Positions 17,515-26,868 are shown, counted from the stretch's first letter. The stretch: DNA of 64,000 nt from Patescibacteria group bacterium (GCA_052034495.1 JBPOIL010000001.1:14-64013), one strand, 5' to 3'. Translations and numbers: made by a program. Notes: a model not told the origin generated them from the sequence alone.

Positions 17515-17760
17515 ATGAGCTCTAAGCTTGATTCAGTGCCCCCACTCCCTGCGCTGAGGCGACGACTTCAGGCCAGCTGTCCCAACGAGCCAGCCCAATG
17601 GGTTGTGTGGAGGGCTCGTCAACAGGGCGTGATGTTCTTGGCCTGGCCTCCAATCCTGTTCTGGCTGGTCACCGACATCTATGCCTTCGCGCTTCTTGGG
17701 GCCGCCATCGCCGTGGTCTCACTCGTGTTCGGCTTCATCGCCAGCGGGAAGAGGGAATAA
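17515..17760 (+). CDS. Small two-TM membrane protein, 81 aa
   Basis: AGGAGG SD; hydrophobic C-terminal half. Confidence 0.7.
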   Translation: MSSKLDSVPPLPALRRRLQASCPNEPAQWVVWRARQQGVMFLAWPPILFWLVTDIYAFALLGAAIAVVSLVFGFIASGKRE

Positions 17761-17795
17761 GGAGAAGGAGACTCTTCGGCTGAAGGGAGGAGCAC

Positions 17796-17975
17796 ATGAA
17801 GATTCGAGGCTTCAAGGCCTGGAACTGGCGATCAGTCCATCGGCCCATCTTCTACGCCGAACGATGGGACGACAAGAGGTTTGGCATCTGGATCGATTGG
17901 GGCAACGGCACCTGTGATCCGGTCTGGACACTCGGAGTCGAAATCTCTTTCGGCAAGGAGGACACAACTGAATAG
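17796..17975 (+). CDS. Small Trp-rich protein, 59 aa (MKIRGFKAWNWRSVHRPIFYAERWDDKRFGIWIDWG...)
   Basis: GGAGGAG SD; followed by a cUUCGg terminator hairpin; below the ORF-track cutoff. Confidence 0.65.
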   Translation: MKIRGFKAWNWRSVHRPIFYAERWDDKRFGIWIDWGNGTCDPVWTLGVEISFGKEDTTE

Positions 17976-18046
17976 AGGGAACACCACCCGGTGAGGCTTC
18001 GGCTCTGCCGGGTTTCACTTTGCCGGGGACATTGGCCTACCGAAGA

Positions 18047-19849
18047 CTATTGATAGCTCTTGGCCTGTTTGCTGAAGAGCTCGTGATAAACGCCCGTCTG
18101 CTTCATCAGCTCCTCATGTTTACCCTGCTCAATAATTCTGCCATTATCCATCACTACAATGAGGTCTGCGTCTCGCACTGTGCTAAAACGATGCGATATT
18201 ACAATTGCGCCCTTGCCAGCCTGCATCTTCCACAAACTGTTAAAGATCGCGGCCTCTGCCCGAGCATCAATGGCGCTCGTAGGTTCATCCAGGACTAACA
18301 CGTCAGCTTGGCGGTAGAAAGCGCGGGCTAGCGCGATCTTCTGCCACTGCCCGCCAGAAAGTTCCACTGAACTGTCATAAAAACGCGTTAGGAGCGTATC
18401 TTCCTTCTTGGGCAACTGGTACACGAAGTCAGCTTGGGCATCGCTTATGGCCTTCTTGAGCCGCTTGGGGTCGGCTTTGGTCGTCGGGTCAAAGGCTATG
18501 TTTTGAGCAGCAGTAAGGGGGTAGCGATTGAAGTCCTGCTGAATCACCGCCAACTTGCGGTACCAACTATCCAAGTCAATTTCTCGCAGGTCTACCCCGT
18601 CCACCAGGATCTGGCCCTCGTCGGGATCATAAAAGCGCAGTAGCAACTTGGTCAACGTAGTCTTACCCGCGCCGTTCACACCAATAAGGGCCATCTTCTG
18701 GCCAGATTCTAGCCTAAAACTAACATCTTTAAGCACCTTCTTACTAGTGCCTGGGTAAGTAAAGCTCACCCCATAAAACTCGATTACTGGTATCTTTCCG
18801 CCGTGAGGCAAAACTATAGCGTGCTCTAGCTGGACGATCTTGGGGGTGGCGTTCATGAGCACAAAGAAGTCCTCTACGTTGGCGAGCTGTTCGTAGACAG
18901 TGCGAAAGTTCCGAACCAAGTTGCTACTGGAGTTTTCTAGTCGAGATACAAGGTTGTCGTAGAAAGTATAATCGCCAATTCCAAACGCGCCGTTTGAGTT
19001 AATAACCCTCAGAAAAAGCCAAACTCGAGTAATAATGGAGGTAACAACCCCGACCCCCTCAGCAGTTCCTTCGATAACCGAAGCTTGCTTTTGCTGGTCT
19101 ACTTCTTGCCTTGAGAGGTCATCATGATTCGCCCTAAATCGCTTTAAAAATGCGCCAATAGCTCCAGCCGGGCGGAGCTCGCGTATGAACTGCCACTCGC
19201 TCAGGTTAGAGCGTAGCGACCAATTAAGGCGGCGCTTCTCGCTTAGTATCACGTTCAGTTCGCGGAAGCGGTCGGCGTTAATCAGGCTTGAAGCCAGGCG
19301 GGGGACGGACGACACCGCCGCTAGCACAAAGAGGACGGGGCTGAGACTAAGCACTGCGACCGCCGCAATGACAATTGAAACAACATCGCTCAGCATTCGA
19401 GATAGCAGCCTCATTACCCAGTTTATGTCCAGCTTATCAACCCGAGAGAGAGTATCTTGGAACTTTGGATCTTCAAAGTAGGCGGCATCTAACTCGGCGC
19501 AACGCTCGGCAATGAGTCGGTCAAGTTTGTAGCGCGATGCGACCTCTGTTTTAGTCATAAGGTAGTCCTGAAAGTTACGCCCCGCGAGCTCCAGGATCCC
19601 AAATAAGCCAGTTATAGCAACGAGGTACCAGAACTTAGGAAAAACAGTACTGATGTTGCCGCTTAGGTATGAGGTGATGAGGTTTATGATAAGGGCGTAG
19701 AGATAACTTCGGCCGATGGAACTAACTGTGAGGACTGCATCGAATATCGGCATGGCCACGGTCAGCCAACCGGTCAACGTCCACTGGAGTTTTAAGCTCA
19801 GCGAGAGGTACTTACCAAATGGTTTTTTAGCTTTTTTCGGTTCGCCCAT
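18047..19849 (-). CDS. ABC exporter, fused permease and ATP-binding domains
   Basis: GVNGAGKT Walker A, LSGGQWQK signature, LDEPT Walker B; N-terminal TM domain. Confidence 0.93.
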   Translation of the reverse strand: MGEPKKAKKPFGKYLSLSLKLQWTLTGWLTVAMPIFDAVLTVSSIGRSYLYALIINLITSYLSGNISTVFPKFWYLVAITGLFGILELAGRNFQDYLMTKTEVASRYKLDRLIAERCAELDAAYFEDPKFQDTLSRVDKLDINWVMRLLSRMLSDVVSIVIAAVAVLSLSPVLFVLAAVSSVPRLASSLINADRFRELNVILSEKRRLNWSLRSNLSEWQFIRELRPAGAIGAFLKRFRANHDDLSRQEVDQQKQASVIEGTAEGVGVVTSIITRVWLFLRVINSNGAFGIGDYTFYDNLVSRLENSSSNLVRNFRTVYEQLANVEDFFVLMNATPKIVQLEHAIVLPHGGKIPVIEFYGVSFTYPGTSKKVLKDVSFRLESGQKMALIGVNGAGKTTLTKLLLRFYDPDEGQILVDGVDLREIDLDSWYRKLAVIQQDFNRYPLTAAQNIAFDPTTKADPKRLKKAISDAQADFVYQLPKKEDTLLTRFYDSSVELSGGQWQKIALARAFYRQADVLVLDEPTSAIDARAEAAIFNSLWKMQAGKGAIVISHRFSTVRDADLIVVMDNGRIIEQGKHEELMKQTGVYHELFSKQAKSYQ

Positions 19850-19933
19850 AATTCTAAGCATTATATGGCAATTCTATCTACCGCACCAGGCTAGCTTGAG
19901 GAGGCAAAGTCAGTCTAGGTTAAATCGAAGGTA

Positions 19934-19962
19934 TTGACCAACTAAGCCCATTATGTTATTAT
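19934..19962 (+). promoter_or_regulatory. sigma70 promoter TTGACC-N17-TATTAT with extended -10 TG
   Basis: Upstream of the 20019 ORF. Confidence 0.7.
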
Positions 19963-20018
19963 TTCAGTCTTGTTCGGGGAAACCGTAGTACCCGACTAGA
20001 GCCCACAAGGGGAATCAA

Positions 20019-20570
20019 GTGATCAAGCAGTTGCTGCAGAGCGTGCTCACCATCCTGAGTGCGATGAAGACCAAGGTGGTCGTCAAGGCGACGATCTCCG
20101 CCGACGAGACGATCGGCGCCGACGCCACGGCGAAGACCCGCTTCGACCACATCACCACCTCGCTCCACACGATGGCCACGAACATCGCGGCGATCATCGA
20201 TCCCGAGACGTCGTTCGCCAAGGAGTGCACCAAGGACACCTCCGGGACGATCCCGTTCGGGTTCTACTTCCCGCTCATGGACGGCACGCGCCTCGAGCTC
20301 GAGTTCGGCGTCACGACCATCGGCTACACGCCGACGGCGCGCGACATCCACGAGATGGTGGCCGAGGGCATCGAGCCGACGATCGACCTGATCGGCAAGC
20401 TCATGGGGCAGGACAAGACGGGTGAGGAGATCGAGTCCTGGAAGCGCTCCTCGATCGAGGGCATCCACGAGCAGCTCGGCCTCCCGATGCACCACAGCGA
20501 GCTCGTCGGCGCCACCACCGGCGGCTCCGGCAGCGAGGGCGGCGGGCACGCCACCAACCTCGACGGCTGA
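20019..20570 (+). CDS. Hypothetical protein, 183 aa, extreme GC3
   Basis: AAGGGG SD, GTG start; only 3 of 183 codons end in A/T (counted by hand). Confidence 0.85.
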   Translation: MIKQLLQSVLTILSAMKTKVVVKATISADETIGADATAKTRFDHITTSLHTMATNIAAIIDPETSFAKECTKDTSGTIPFGFYFPLMDGTRLELEFGVTTIGYTPTARDIHEMVAEGIEPTIDLIGKLMGQDKTGEEIESWKRSSIEGIHEQLGLPMHHSELVGATTGGSGSEGGGHATNLDG

Positions 20571-20635
20571 CCTTCGGGTCAACCACGGCAAAGGGGCCGG
20601 GGGAGCGCGTCTCCCCCGGCCACGCGCCACCCATA

Positions 20636-20665
20636 AGGACCTTTCGGAAGAAGGGTCCTTCTTTC
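20636..20665 (+). terminator. Terminator AAGGACCTTTC/GAAGGGTCCTT
   Basis: Inverted repeat plus CTTT tail, preceded by GGCCGGGGGAG/CTCCCCCGGCC hairpin. Confidence 0.65.
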
Positions 20666-20694
20666 GCTCACAATAATTTTGCTATCATAGAACC

Positions 20695-21387
20695 ATGATT
20701 ACCATACGCAAATCAGAAGACAGAGGTGGTGCCGACCATGGCTGGTTAAAGGCCAAGCACAGTTTTTCTTTTGCAGGCTACTACGACCCTGCGCATATGG
20801 GCTTCCGTTCGCTAAAGGTAATTAACGAAGATGTTATTGCTGGCGGGGCCGGTTTTCCACCCCACCCACACGAGAATATGGAGATAATTACCTACATCAT
20901 CTCCGGCGAGCTGGAGCACAAAGACAGCATGGGTACAGGGTCAGTTATAAAAGCTGGGGAAGTGCAATATATGAGTGCTGGCACGGGCGTAGTACATAGT
21001 GAGTTCAACCACTCCGCGTCCTCGCCGCTGCATTTGTTACAAATCTGGCTGATGCCGAACGAGTTTGGCGCGACTCCGCGCTACGACCAGCAAGCCGTCG
21101 ACTCGGCGAGTATCACGAACAGACTAGGTCTTATCGCCTCGGGCAACGAGGGCGGGATACACGTGCGTCAGGACGTGAGCCTCTACGCCAGTAAGCTGGC
21201 TAGTGGCAAGGCCGTTGAGCACCAGCTCGAAGAGGGTCGCGCGCTCTGGCTACAGCTTATATCCGGGGAAGTTGCAGTAAACGACGAGTCAATCCAGGCT
21301 GGCGATGCAGCCCGCATAGAGCGTGAGGATAGCGTCAAAGTTACAGCTAAGTCTGATGCCCACTTCCTCCTCTTCGACCTCTCATAA
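20695..21387 (+). CDS. Pirin family protein (YhhW-like)
   Basis: HSFSFAGYYDP, HPHENMEI and MSAGTGVVHSEFN motifs. Confidence 0.92.
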   Translation: MITIRKSEDRGGADHGWLKAKHSFSFAGYYDPAHMGFRSLKVINEDVIAGGAGFPPHPHENMEIITYIISGELEHKDSMGTGSVIKAGEVQYMSAGTGVVHSEFNHSASSPLHLLQIWLMPNEFGATPRYDQQAVDSASITNRLGLIASGNEGGIHVRQDVSLYASKLASGKAVEHQLEEGRALWLQLISGEVAVNDESIQAGDAARIEREDSVKVTAKSDAHFLLFDLS

Positions 21388-21421
21388 AGCGCAGTAGCCC
21401 TTGGCATGCTATAATCGGCGC

Positions 21422-21898
21422 ATGAAGAAATACATAATCCCAGCTATAATATCGGCGATCGTGATCTTGGTCATCGGACTCTTCATGTTCGCGCCGAAAG
21501 CGAATGACTACTCATCTAAGAACTTAAGTCCTGCGAAAGACCAGCCTAGCAACCAACAGACAACAGCGAACTCTGACACAGAGGCCACGGCGCCTGGTGT
21601 ATACACAGACTATTCCGAGGAGGCCTTCGCCAGCGCACAAGGTACGCGCATTCTGTTTTTCCATGCGGCATGGTGCCCCCAATGCAAGGCCCTGGATGCC
21701 AGCATTAAGGCTGGTGCAGTGCCTACGAACACTACTATACTCAAGGTAGACTACGACTCTAGCCAGGACCTCAGGCGCAAGTACGGAGTCACCACGCAAA
21801 CCACGCTGGTGCTCGTAGATAGCAACGGCGATCTAGTGAAAAGATACATAGCGTACAGCACGCCATCTCTTGATGCCCTAATCGCCAACCTGCTCTAA
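21422..21898 (+). CDS. Membrane-anchored thioredoxin-family protein
   Basis: FHAAWCPQC active site; N-terminal TM. Confidence 0.88.
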   Translation: MKKYIIPAIISAIVILVIGLFMFAPKANDYSSKNLSPAKDQPSNQQTTANSDTEATAPGVYTDYSEEAFASAQGTRILFFHAAWCPQCKALDASIKAGAVPTNTTILKVDYDSSQDLRRKYGVTTQTTLVLVDSNGDLVKRYIAYSTPSLDALIANLL

Positions 21899-22617
21899 TG
21901 CCGCTTATTATCGTATCGTTCTTGGCTGGCATTCTGACAGCGCTAGCCCCCTGCGTACTGCCGATAATACCCGTGGTAATTGGGGGGTCGGTCTCTGGAA
22001 AGCCGGATAGAAAGAAGCCATTTGTAGTCTGTGCTTCTCTACTGGTATCGGTCATTGTGTTTACACTTATCCTGAAGGGCAGCACACTATTGATCGGTAT
22101 CCCGGACGTATTCTGGCGAACGCTCTCTGGGGTGATGATAGCGTTCTTTGGGCTTACTCTGCTTTTCCCATTACTTTGGGACAAGCTCACAGCCTGGACT
22201 GGGCTATTTAACAAGTCTCAACGGGCGCTAGGTGGTGCTTACAAAAAGGGTGGGCTAGGTGGATCAATAATGATCGGGGCGATGCTGGGGCCGGTGTTTT
22301 CCAGCTGTAGTCCGGTTTACCTGTTCATTCTTTCTACCGTGTTACCGCGCAGTTTTGCCGAAGGCATAGTCTACATCATAGCCTACGCACTTGGGCTCTG
22401 TGCCGTCTTGCTGCTAGTGGGCATATTTGGGCAGAAGGTGATTGCGAAGTTCGAATGGGCCACAAATCCATACGGGTGGTTTAAGCGGGGAACGGGCATT
22501 CTGCTTGTATTGGCAGGGATCGCCATAGTTACAGGCGCTGACCGAAGCCTTCAGCAGTTCGTTGTCGATCGTGGCATTCTAGACATAACTAAGGTCGAGC
22601 AGCAGCTCTTGAAGTAA
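21898..22617 (+). CDS. ccdA: CcdA/DsbD-like transmembrane disulfide reductant transporter
   Basis: LAPCVLPIIP and SSCSP motifs, six TM segments; coupled to the thioredoxin gene. Confidence 0.85.
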   Translation: MPLIIVSFLAGILTALAPCVLPIIPVVIGGSVSGKPDRKKPFVVCASLLVSVIVFTLILKGSTLLIGIPDVFWRTLSGVMIAFFGLTLLFPLLWDKLTAWTGLFNKSQRALGGAYKKGGLGGSIMIGAMLGPVFSSCSPVYLFILSTVLPRSFAEGIVYIIAYALGLCAVLLLVGIFGQKVIAKFEWATNPYGWFKRGTGILLVLAGIAIVTGADRSLQQFVVDRGILDITKVEQQLLK

Positions 22618-22700
22618 AAAAATAAGGAGCCCTATGGACTCCTTATGTAGGCTGTCCGCAAGCGGACTCTACCTTGTTTGACGCCACCTCACAGGTGACA
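22617..22700 (-). ncRNA. Candidate ~85-nt sRNA
   Basis: TTGACT-N19-TATAAT upstream; two hairpins, then a terminator with T-run. Confidence 0.4.
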
Positions 22701-22837
22701 CAATCATTATACACCCCGCCACAGTAGGCGAGTCAATAGATTTTATACGAAAATAGTGCGAACTTATCAACAGGCTTGTCCCCATGTGAACAAGCCTAGC
22801 AATTGTGTGCAAACTAAGGGTGTGCTTTAATACTCTT

Positions 22838-23629
22838 ATGCTTAAATCTTTACTTAAAATCCGCCTATCAATCCTAGCTCCTAGCCTTTTTGCCTTCTTT
22901 ATTCTCGTGGTCTTCCTGGTTCCGCGCCAAACGCTAACACCTGGGCAACTTGCACTCTTCTCAGTCAACTCCTTCCTCTTTGGCTACTACTTTAGCCCGC
23001 TACTCAGCGCCCAAAAGAGCAGGGTCGCAGGGCTTAATGGTCTCGCTCGCCAAGAAGAAATGACGATTCTCGACATTCTCAGTCATGCACACCTCCTCAA
23101 GGACAGCACTCGCCATACTCTCAAGGTCAAGCTCAAGACCTACATCGACAGCATTATGGGTAACTATCATATCTCGGCCGATAATGAATATTATGATGAG
23201 CTCCTCTACTGGCTCAAGAATACAAAGGGGGACGACCAGCAAATTCTTGACCAGATCTATAACGAGGTATCAAAAACTCAGGACCACCGTAGTGATATAT
23301 CCAACCTCCTAGCCAGCAAGGTCTATAGCCATGAATGGCTCGTCGTATCTGTACTCTTCTCTATAACTCTGTTCTTCTCCGTCATGACAAATTTTGGCGA
23401 CTCCGTGTTCTTCGGCTTTATGCTTGCCATCCTGTGCGCGGGCCTTTGTATGCTCATGGCCATCCTGATTAAGTTCGCAACCCTTACCCACAAAGAGGCC
23501 AAGCGCATGTGGGACACACTAAGAGAACTCGATACTAAGCACTTTGATGACGTTACGCACCAAGAAGTCACCCAGGAAGTTCATCGCCTCAAGCTCGCCA
23601 ACAAAAAGCGTCACGCCAAGGCGGCCTAG
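22838..23629 (+). CDS. Four-TM membrane protein (bestrophin/DUF4239-like architecture)
   Basis: Two TM, helical soluble region, two TM. Confidence 0.55.
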   Translation: MLKSLLKIRLSILAPSLFAFFILVVFLVPRQTLTPGQLALFSVNSFLFGYYFSPLLSAQKSRVAGLNGLARQEEMTILDILSHAHLLKDSTRHTLKVKLKTYIDSIMGNYHISADNEYYDELLYWLKNTKGDDQQILDQIYNEVSKTQDHRSDISNLLASKVYSHEWLVVSVLFSITLFFSVMTNFGDSVFFGFMLAILCAGLCMLMAILIKFATLTHKEAKRMWDTLRELDTKHFDDVTHQEVTQEVHRLKLANKKRHAKAA

Positions 23630-23683
23630 ACTAGAACGTTTGAGTTCAATCAAGTAAACTGTATTTTGTCCTACCCTGGACGA

Positions 23684-23775
<92 letters not shown>

Positions 23776-23811
23776 TACAAAGAGTCGGTGCTTATGCGCC
23801 GGCTTTTCGTA

Positions 23812-24486
23812 TTACTTCTTAGCTACCGCCAGCCCCCACACAGTCTTCGCGCCGGCTTCTTTAAGGACCCTGGCGCACTCATTCATGGTGGCACCGGTCG
23901 TAATCACGTCATCCACTATAAGTACCCTCTTACCGGCCGCTGCGGCGGGCTTAAAACAAACAAAGTTGCCTCCCACGGCCTTTAGCCGCTGAGTCCTATT
24001 CAGTCGCACCTGCTTTTCGTGCTTAATCCGCAGCAGAGCAGGGGAGTATGGGAGGCCGGTTCTCTTGGCCAAAGACTTAGCGAGCAGTTCCGACTGATTA
24101 TAGCCACGACTGCGCAAAGACGAACCATCGCTCGCCACAGCAGTAATGACTTCGTAGTCGGACAGATCGAAGGCCTTGGCCAAATATCCAGCGAGAACCT
24201 TAGCGGTGCTTCGGTCGTTAGCGTACTTCAGCTTCCTAACAAGCTCCTTTGCATAGTCTTCATACCTCCACAGTATGTAGGCTCCCCTCAGAGCAGTCTT
24301 GCGGGCGCACGTGTTGCACGTTTTTCCGCCTGGTGTAAGCCGATTGCAAAAGACACAGCTCGACACTTTACGCACAAGCTTAGCTTGAGCGCACTCAGTA
24401 CATAGGCTCATCCCTGGCACGCTACACGCTACGCAGTCCGCAGGGGCAATGATTTCGATGATTTTCTGTAACATGAATGTTTGCAA
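23812..24486 (-). CDS. comF: ComF family competence protein (double zinc ribbon plus phosphoribosyltransferase)
   Basis: Four CxxC, RGYNQS and LIVDDVITTGAT motifs. Confidence 0.92.
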   Translation of the reverse strand: MQTFMLQKIIEIIAPADCVACSVPGMSLCTECAQAKLVRKVSSCVFCNRLTPGGKTCNTCARKTALRGAYILWRYEDYAKELVRKLKYANDRSTAKVLAGYLAKAFDLSDYEVITAVASDGSSLRSRGYNQSELLAKSLAKRTGLPYSPALLRIKHEKQVRLNRTQRLKAVGGNFVCFKPAAAAGKRVLIVDDVITTGATMNECARVLKEAGAKTVWGLAVAKK

Positions 24487-24550
24487 TTACTCCTGATTCG
24501 TGGCTATAATAAGGTTAATCTCAGCGCTAAGCAAGGATAAGGAGTAATTT

Positions 24551-24979
24551 ATGGCACGAAAAAACGATGTGGACGAAGAAATTTTGCAAGAAGAGTTCCT
24601 AGATGACCAGGCAGCCGGTGAGGACTGGATGGCCGAAAACGAGTTCGAAGGTCAGCTTGCAGTAGATGTGTATCAAACCAAAGAAACCGTGGTCATCAAG
24701 GCGCCTATCGCCGGCGTGCGACCAGATGATATTGATGTAGCGATCTCTGAAGATGTCGTAACGATTCGTGGCGACCGCAAGGACGAACGAGCAGTCGAGA
24801 AGGAGCATTACTACGTACAAGAGTGCTTCTGGGGATCATTCTCTCGCTCAGTAATCTTGCCAACCTCGACGATTGCCGATAAGGCTGCCGCTAGTTTGAA
24901 GGACGGAGTTCTCACAATCGAAATCCCTAAAGTTGCGCAGAATAAGGTCAAGAAGATTAAAGTTAGCGCTAGTCTCTAA
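24551..24979 (+). CDS. Hsp20/alpha-crystallin small heat-shock protein
   Basis: VDVYQT, GSFSRSVILP and DGVLTIEIPK motifs. Confidence 0.93.
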   Translation: MARKNDVDEEILQEEFLDDQAAGEDWMAENEFEGQLAVDVYQTKETVVIKAPIAGVRPDDIDVAISEDVVTIRGDRKDERAVEKEHYYVQECFWGSFSRSVILPTSTIADKAAASLKDGVLTIEIPKVAQNKVKKIKVSASL

Positions 24980-24993
24980 CCACGTATAGTCCT

Positions 24994-25029
24994 AACTAAA
25001 AACGACCCACTCGGGTCGTTTTTAGTTAG
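24994..25029. terminator. Bidirectional terminator
   Basis: AACTAAAAACGACCC/GGGTCGTTTTTAGTT between convergent genes. Confidence 0.85.
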
Positions 25030-25061
25030 CCTAATTCAGGGGCTAGGGACAGCCAGGCTTA

Positions 25062-26408
25062 CTACTTACTAGTGACCATCTCCTGAGTTGTCCTTGTAGC
25101 CGCCGTATCAACGGCCGACTGCGCATCGCCGCCAGCTAAAACAGCGCTTATCATGTCAGAGAATATCCCATCAACGTTATAGCTGTTGCCCTTGTACCAA
25201 GTTTTTGCTGTGCTTAGCTGGTCTGCAAAGGGACCGAGGTATTTGTCCTCTGACTGCAGATTGATAAGATCTTTACGGGCCGCGGGGCGGTAGGTAGCAA
25301 TGCTGTAGCGGTTCAACTGAGTGCGGGTAGAGGCGAATCTTAGAAAGTCCCAGGCCACCTCTGACTGCTTACTATCCTTGTTGACTTGCTCGACCCAAAA
25401 TTCCGCCTGGTTAATCGAGTTGCCGGTATCAACCTGTGGCAGGGATGTCATCTTGTACTTAAGCTCTGGACTTGCAGCATCAATTTCTGGCGCGCGGTAT
25501 GCATACTCGACTATCATTGCGGCCTTTCCGGCCTTGAAGGCATCGAGCGAGCTTCCCAATTTGCTATTCCACGCGTAGTTCTCGCTCTTTTCTCGGGCAA
25601 AGCTTGTGAAGAAGTTGGTTGCTTTAGCTCCCGACGCATAGCCTGTTCCGTCTGGCTTGTTGAAAGTTGCCTGAGTAGGGGGACTATTCGTCATTGTGGC
25701 CCCATTTTGCTGCATTAGAACAGAGACTATCGAAGTGTAGTCTGTGACAGAGCCGTTCCCCAAGGCAACTCCGGCCAGAGTAATGTCGGCGCCAGAACGC
25801 TGGGTTATCTTGCGGCTCATGTTCATGAGCTCATCCCAGGTTTTAGGCGGGTTCTTATAGCCGGCCTTACTCAATAGATCTTGGTTGTAAAACAGGCCCA
25901 AGGTAGATACCCCAAAAGCCAAACCGTCCACTACCTCGCCTTCTACTAACTTCTTCGAGGCTACATCTACGAACGTGTCCCTAAACTCATTGGCCGTGTA
26001 TACGGTACTGGGAGCCGGGGCATTGTAGTCATCATAGCGGGGGAGCCAGTCGTCCTTAACTGTATATAGATCTGGTAATTTCCCTGCCTTTGCAGCTTCA
26101 GTCAATTGCTTATCGTAATCAGCGGCCTTTAAGTTGCTGAGCTTTATCGTTACATTGGGGTGAAGTTTCTTGTAATCAGCGATTATGTCGCTAAAGGGCT
26201 CGACCCCGTCAACGGTGCGCCAGTAGGTAAGTGTAATCGGCTCAGTAGGGAACTCAAACCGCGAGCCAGATTCTTCGATTCCTTCTACGGATATGGCATT
26301 CTGCGGTTCGGAGGGGATAAGCAAAGCTAGGCCAACAAGAATGGCTAATGCGATGCTAATAGATATGACGGTGGCTTTGTGCCGACTTAAGAAATTCATT
26401 GAACTCAT
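25062..26408 (-). CDS. Extracellular solute-binding protein (sugar ABC SBP family 1)
   Basis: N-terminal TM; HPNVTI, LFYNQDLL, PPKTWDEL and AWDFLRF motifs. Confidence 0.88.
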   Translation of the reverse strand: MSSMNFLSRHKATVISISIALAILVGLALLIPSEPQNAISVEGIEESGSRFEFPTEPITLTYWRTVDGVEPFSDIIADYKKLHPNVTIKLSNLKAADYDKQLTEAAKAGKLPDLYTVKDDWLPRYDDYNAPAPSTVYTANEFRDTFVDVASKKLVEGEVVDGLAFGVSTLGLFYNQDLLSKAGYKNPPKTWDELMNMSRKITQRSGADITLAGVALGNGSVTDYTSIVSVLMQQNGATMTNSPPTQATFNKPDGTGYASGAKATNFFTSFAREKSENYAWNSKLGSSLDAFKAGKAAMIVEYAYRAPEIDAASPELKYKMTSLPQVDTGNSINQAEFWVEQVNKDSKQSEVAWDFLRFASTRTQLNRYSIATYRPAARKDLINLQSEDKYLGPFADQLSTAKTWYKGNSYNVDGIFSDMISAVLAGGDAQSAVDTAATRTTQEMVTSK

Positions 26409-26491
26409 TTTACCATGGTAGGCTTACGCTTTAGTAAATCTAAAAGCGCCGCGGGATTACGCAGCGCTCAAGAATAAATAGCCTGGGATAA

Positions 26492-26860
26492 TTACACTAT
26501 ATTGACAACATAATTAGCAATGGAGTAGGCCAGCAATGAAACGACGAGGCCAATCACTGCATATAATATGGTGTCCTTAGCGGCCGTGGTGCCTTTTTGG
26601 TCGCCACCAGACAAAACGTAGCGCAACCCGCCAATCACAATCATGATTACAGATATAATGCCTATGGCCAGTATTAACGTGTTCGTGATCGTGCCAATAG
26701 AGCCCATGAGGTCTGTTGTGCCGAAGTTGCCATCATTTGCACATTCTGCCCCTGCAGCTGCGCCGCCGCTCAAATCACAAGCAGCTAGCGCCCTCTGGGC
26801 GTTTAATGCCACTGAGAGCGCTAAGCCTGATGCTACAGATGTAACTCGCGCTAATCGCAT
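26492..26860 (-). CDS. TrbC/VirB2-like T4SS pilin
   Basis: Signal peptide; SVIMIVIGGLRYVLSGGD...AKDTILYAVIGL. Confidence 0.85.
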   Translation of the reverse strand: MRLARVTSVASGLALSVALNAQRALAACDLSGGAAAGAECANDGNFGTTDLMGSIGTITNTLILAIGIISVIMIVIGGLRYVLSGGDQKGTTAAKDTILYAVIGLVVSLLAYSIANYVVNIV

Positions 26861-26868
26861 AGAACTTC

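Noticed and set aside
19959-20676. Overlapping ORFs around 20019-20570
   Set aside because: Stop-poor alternative frames caused by extreme GC3; only the + frame has a promoter, SD and codon bias.
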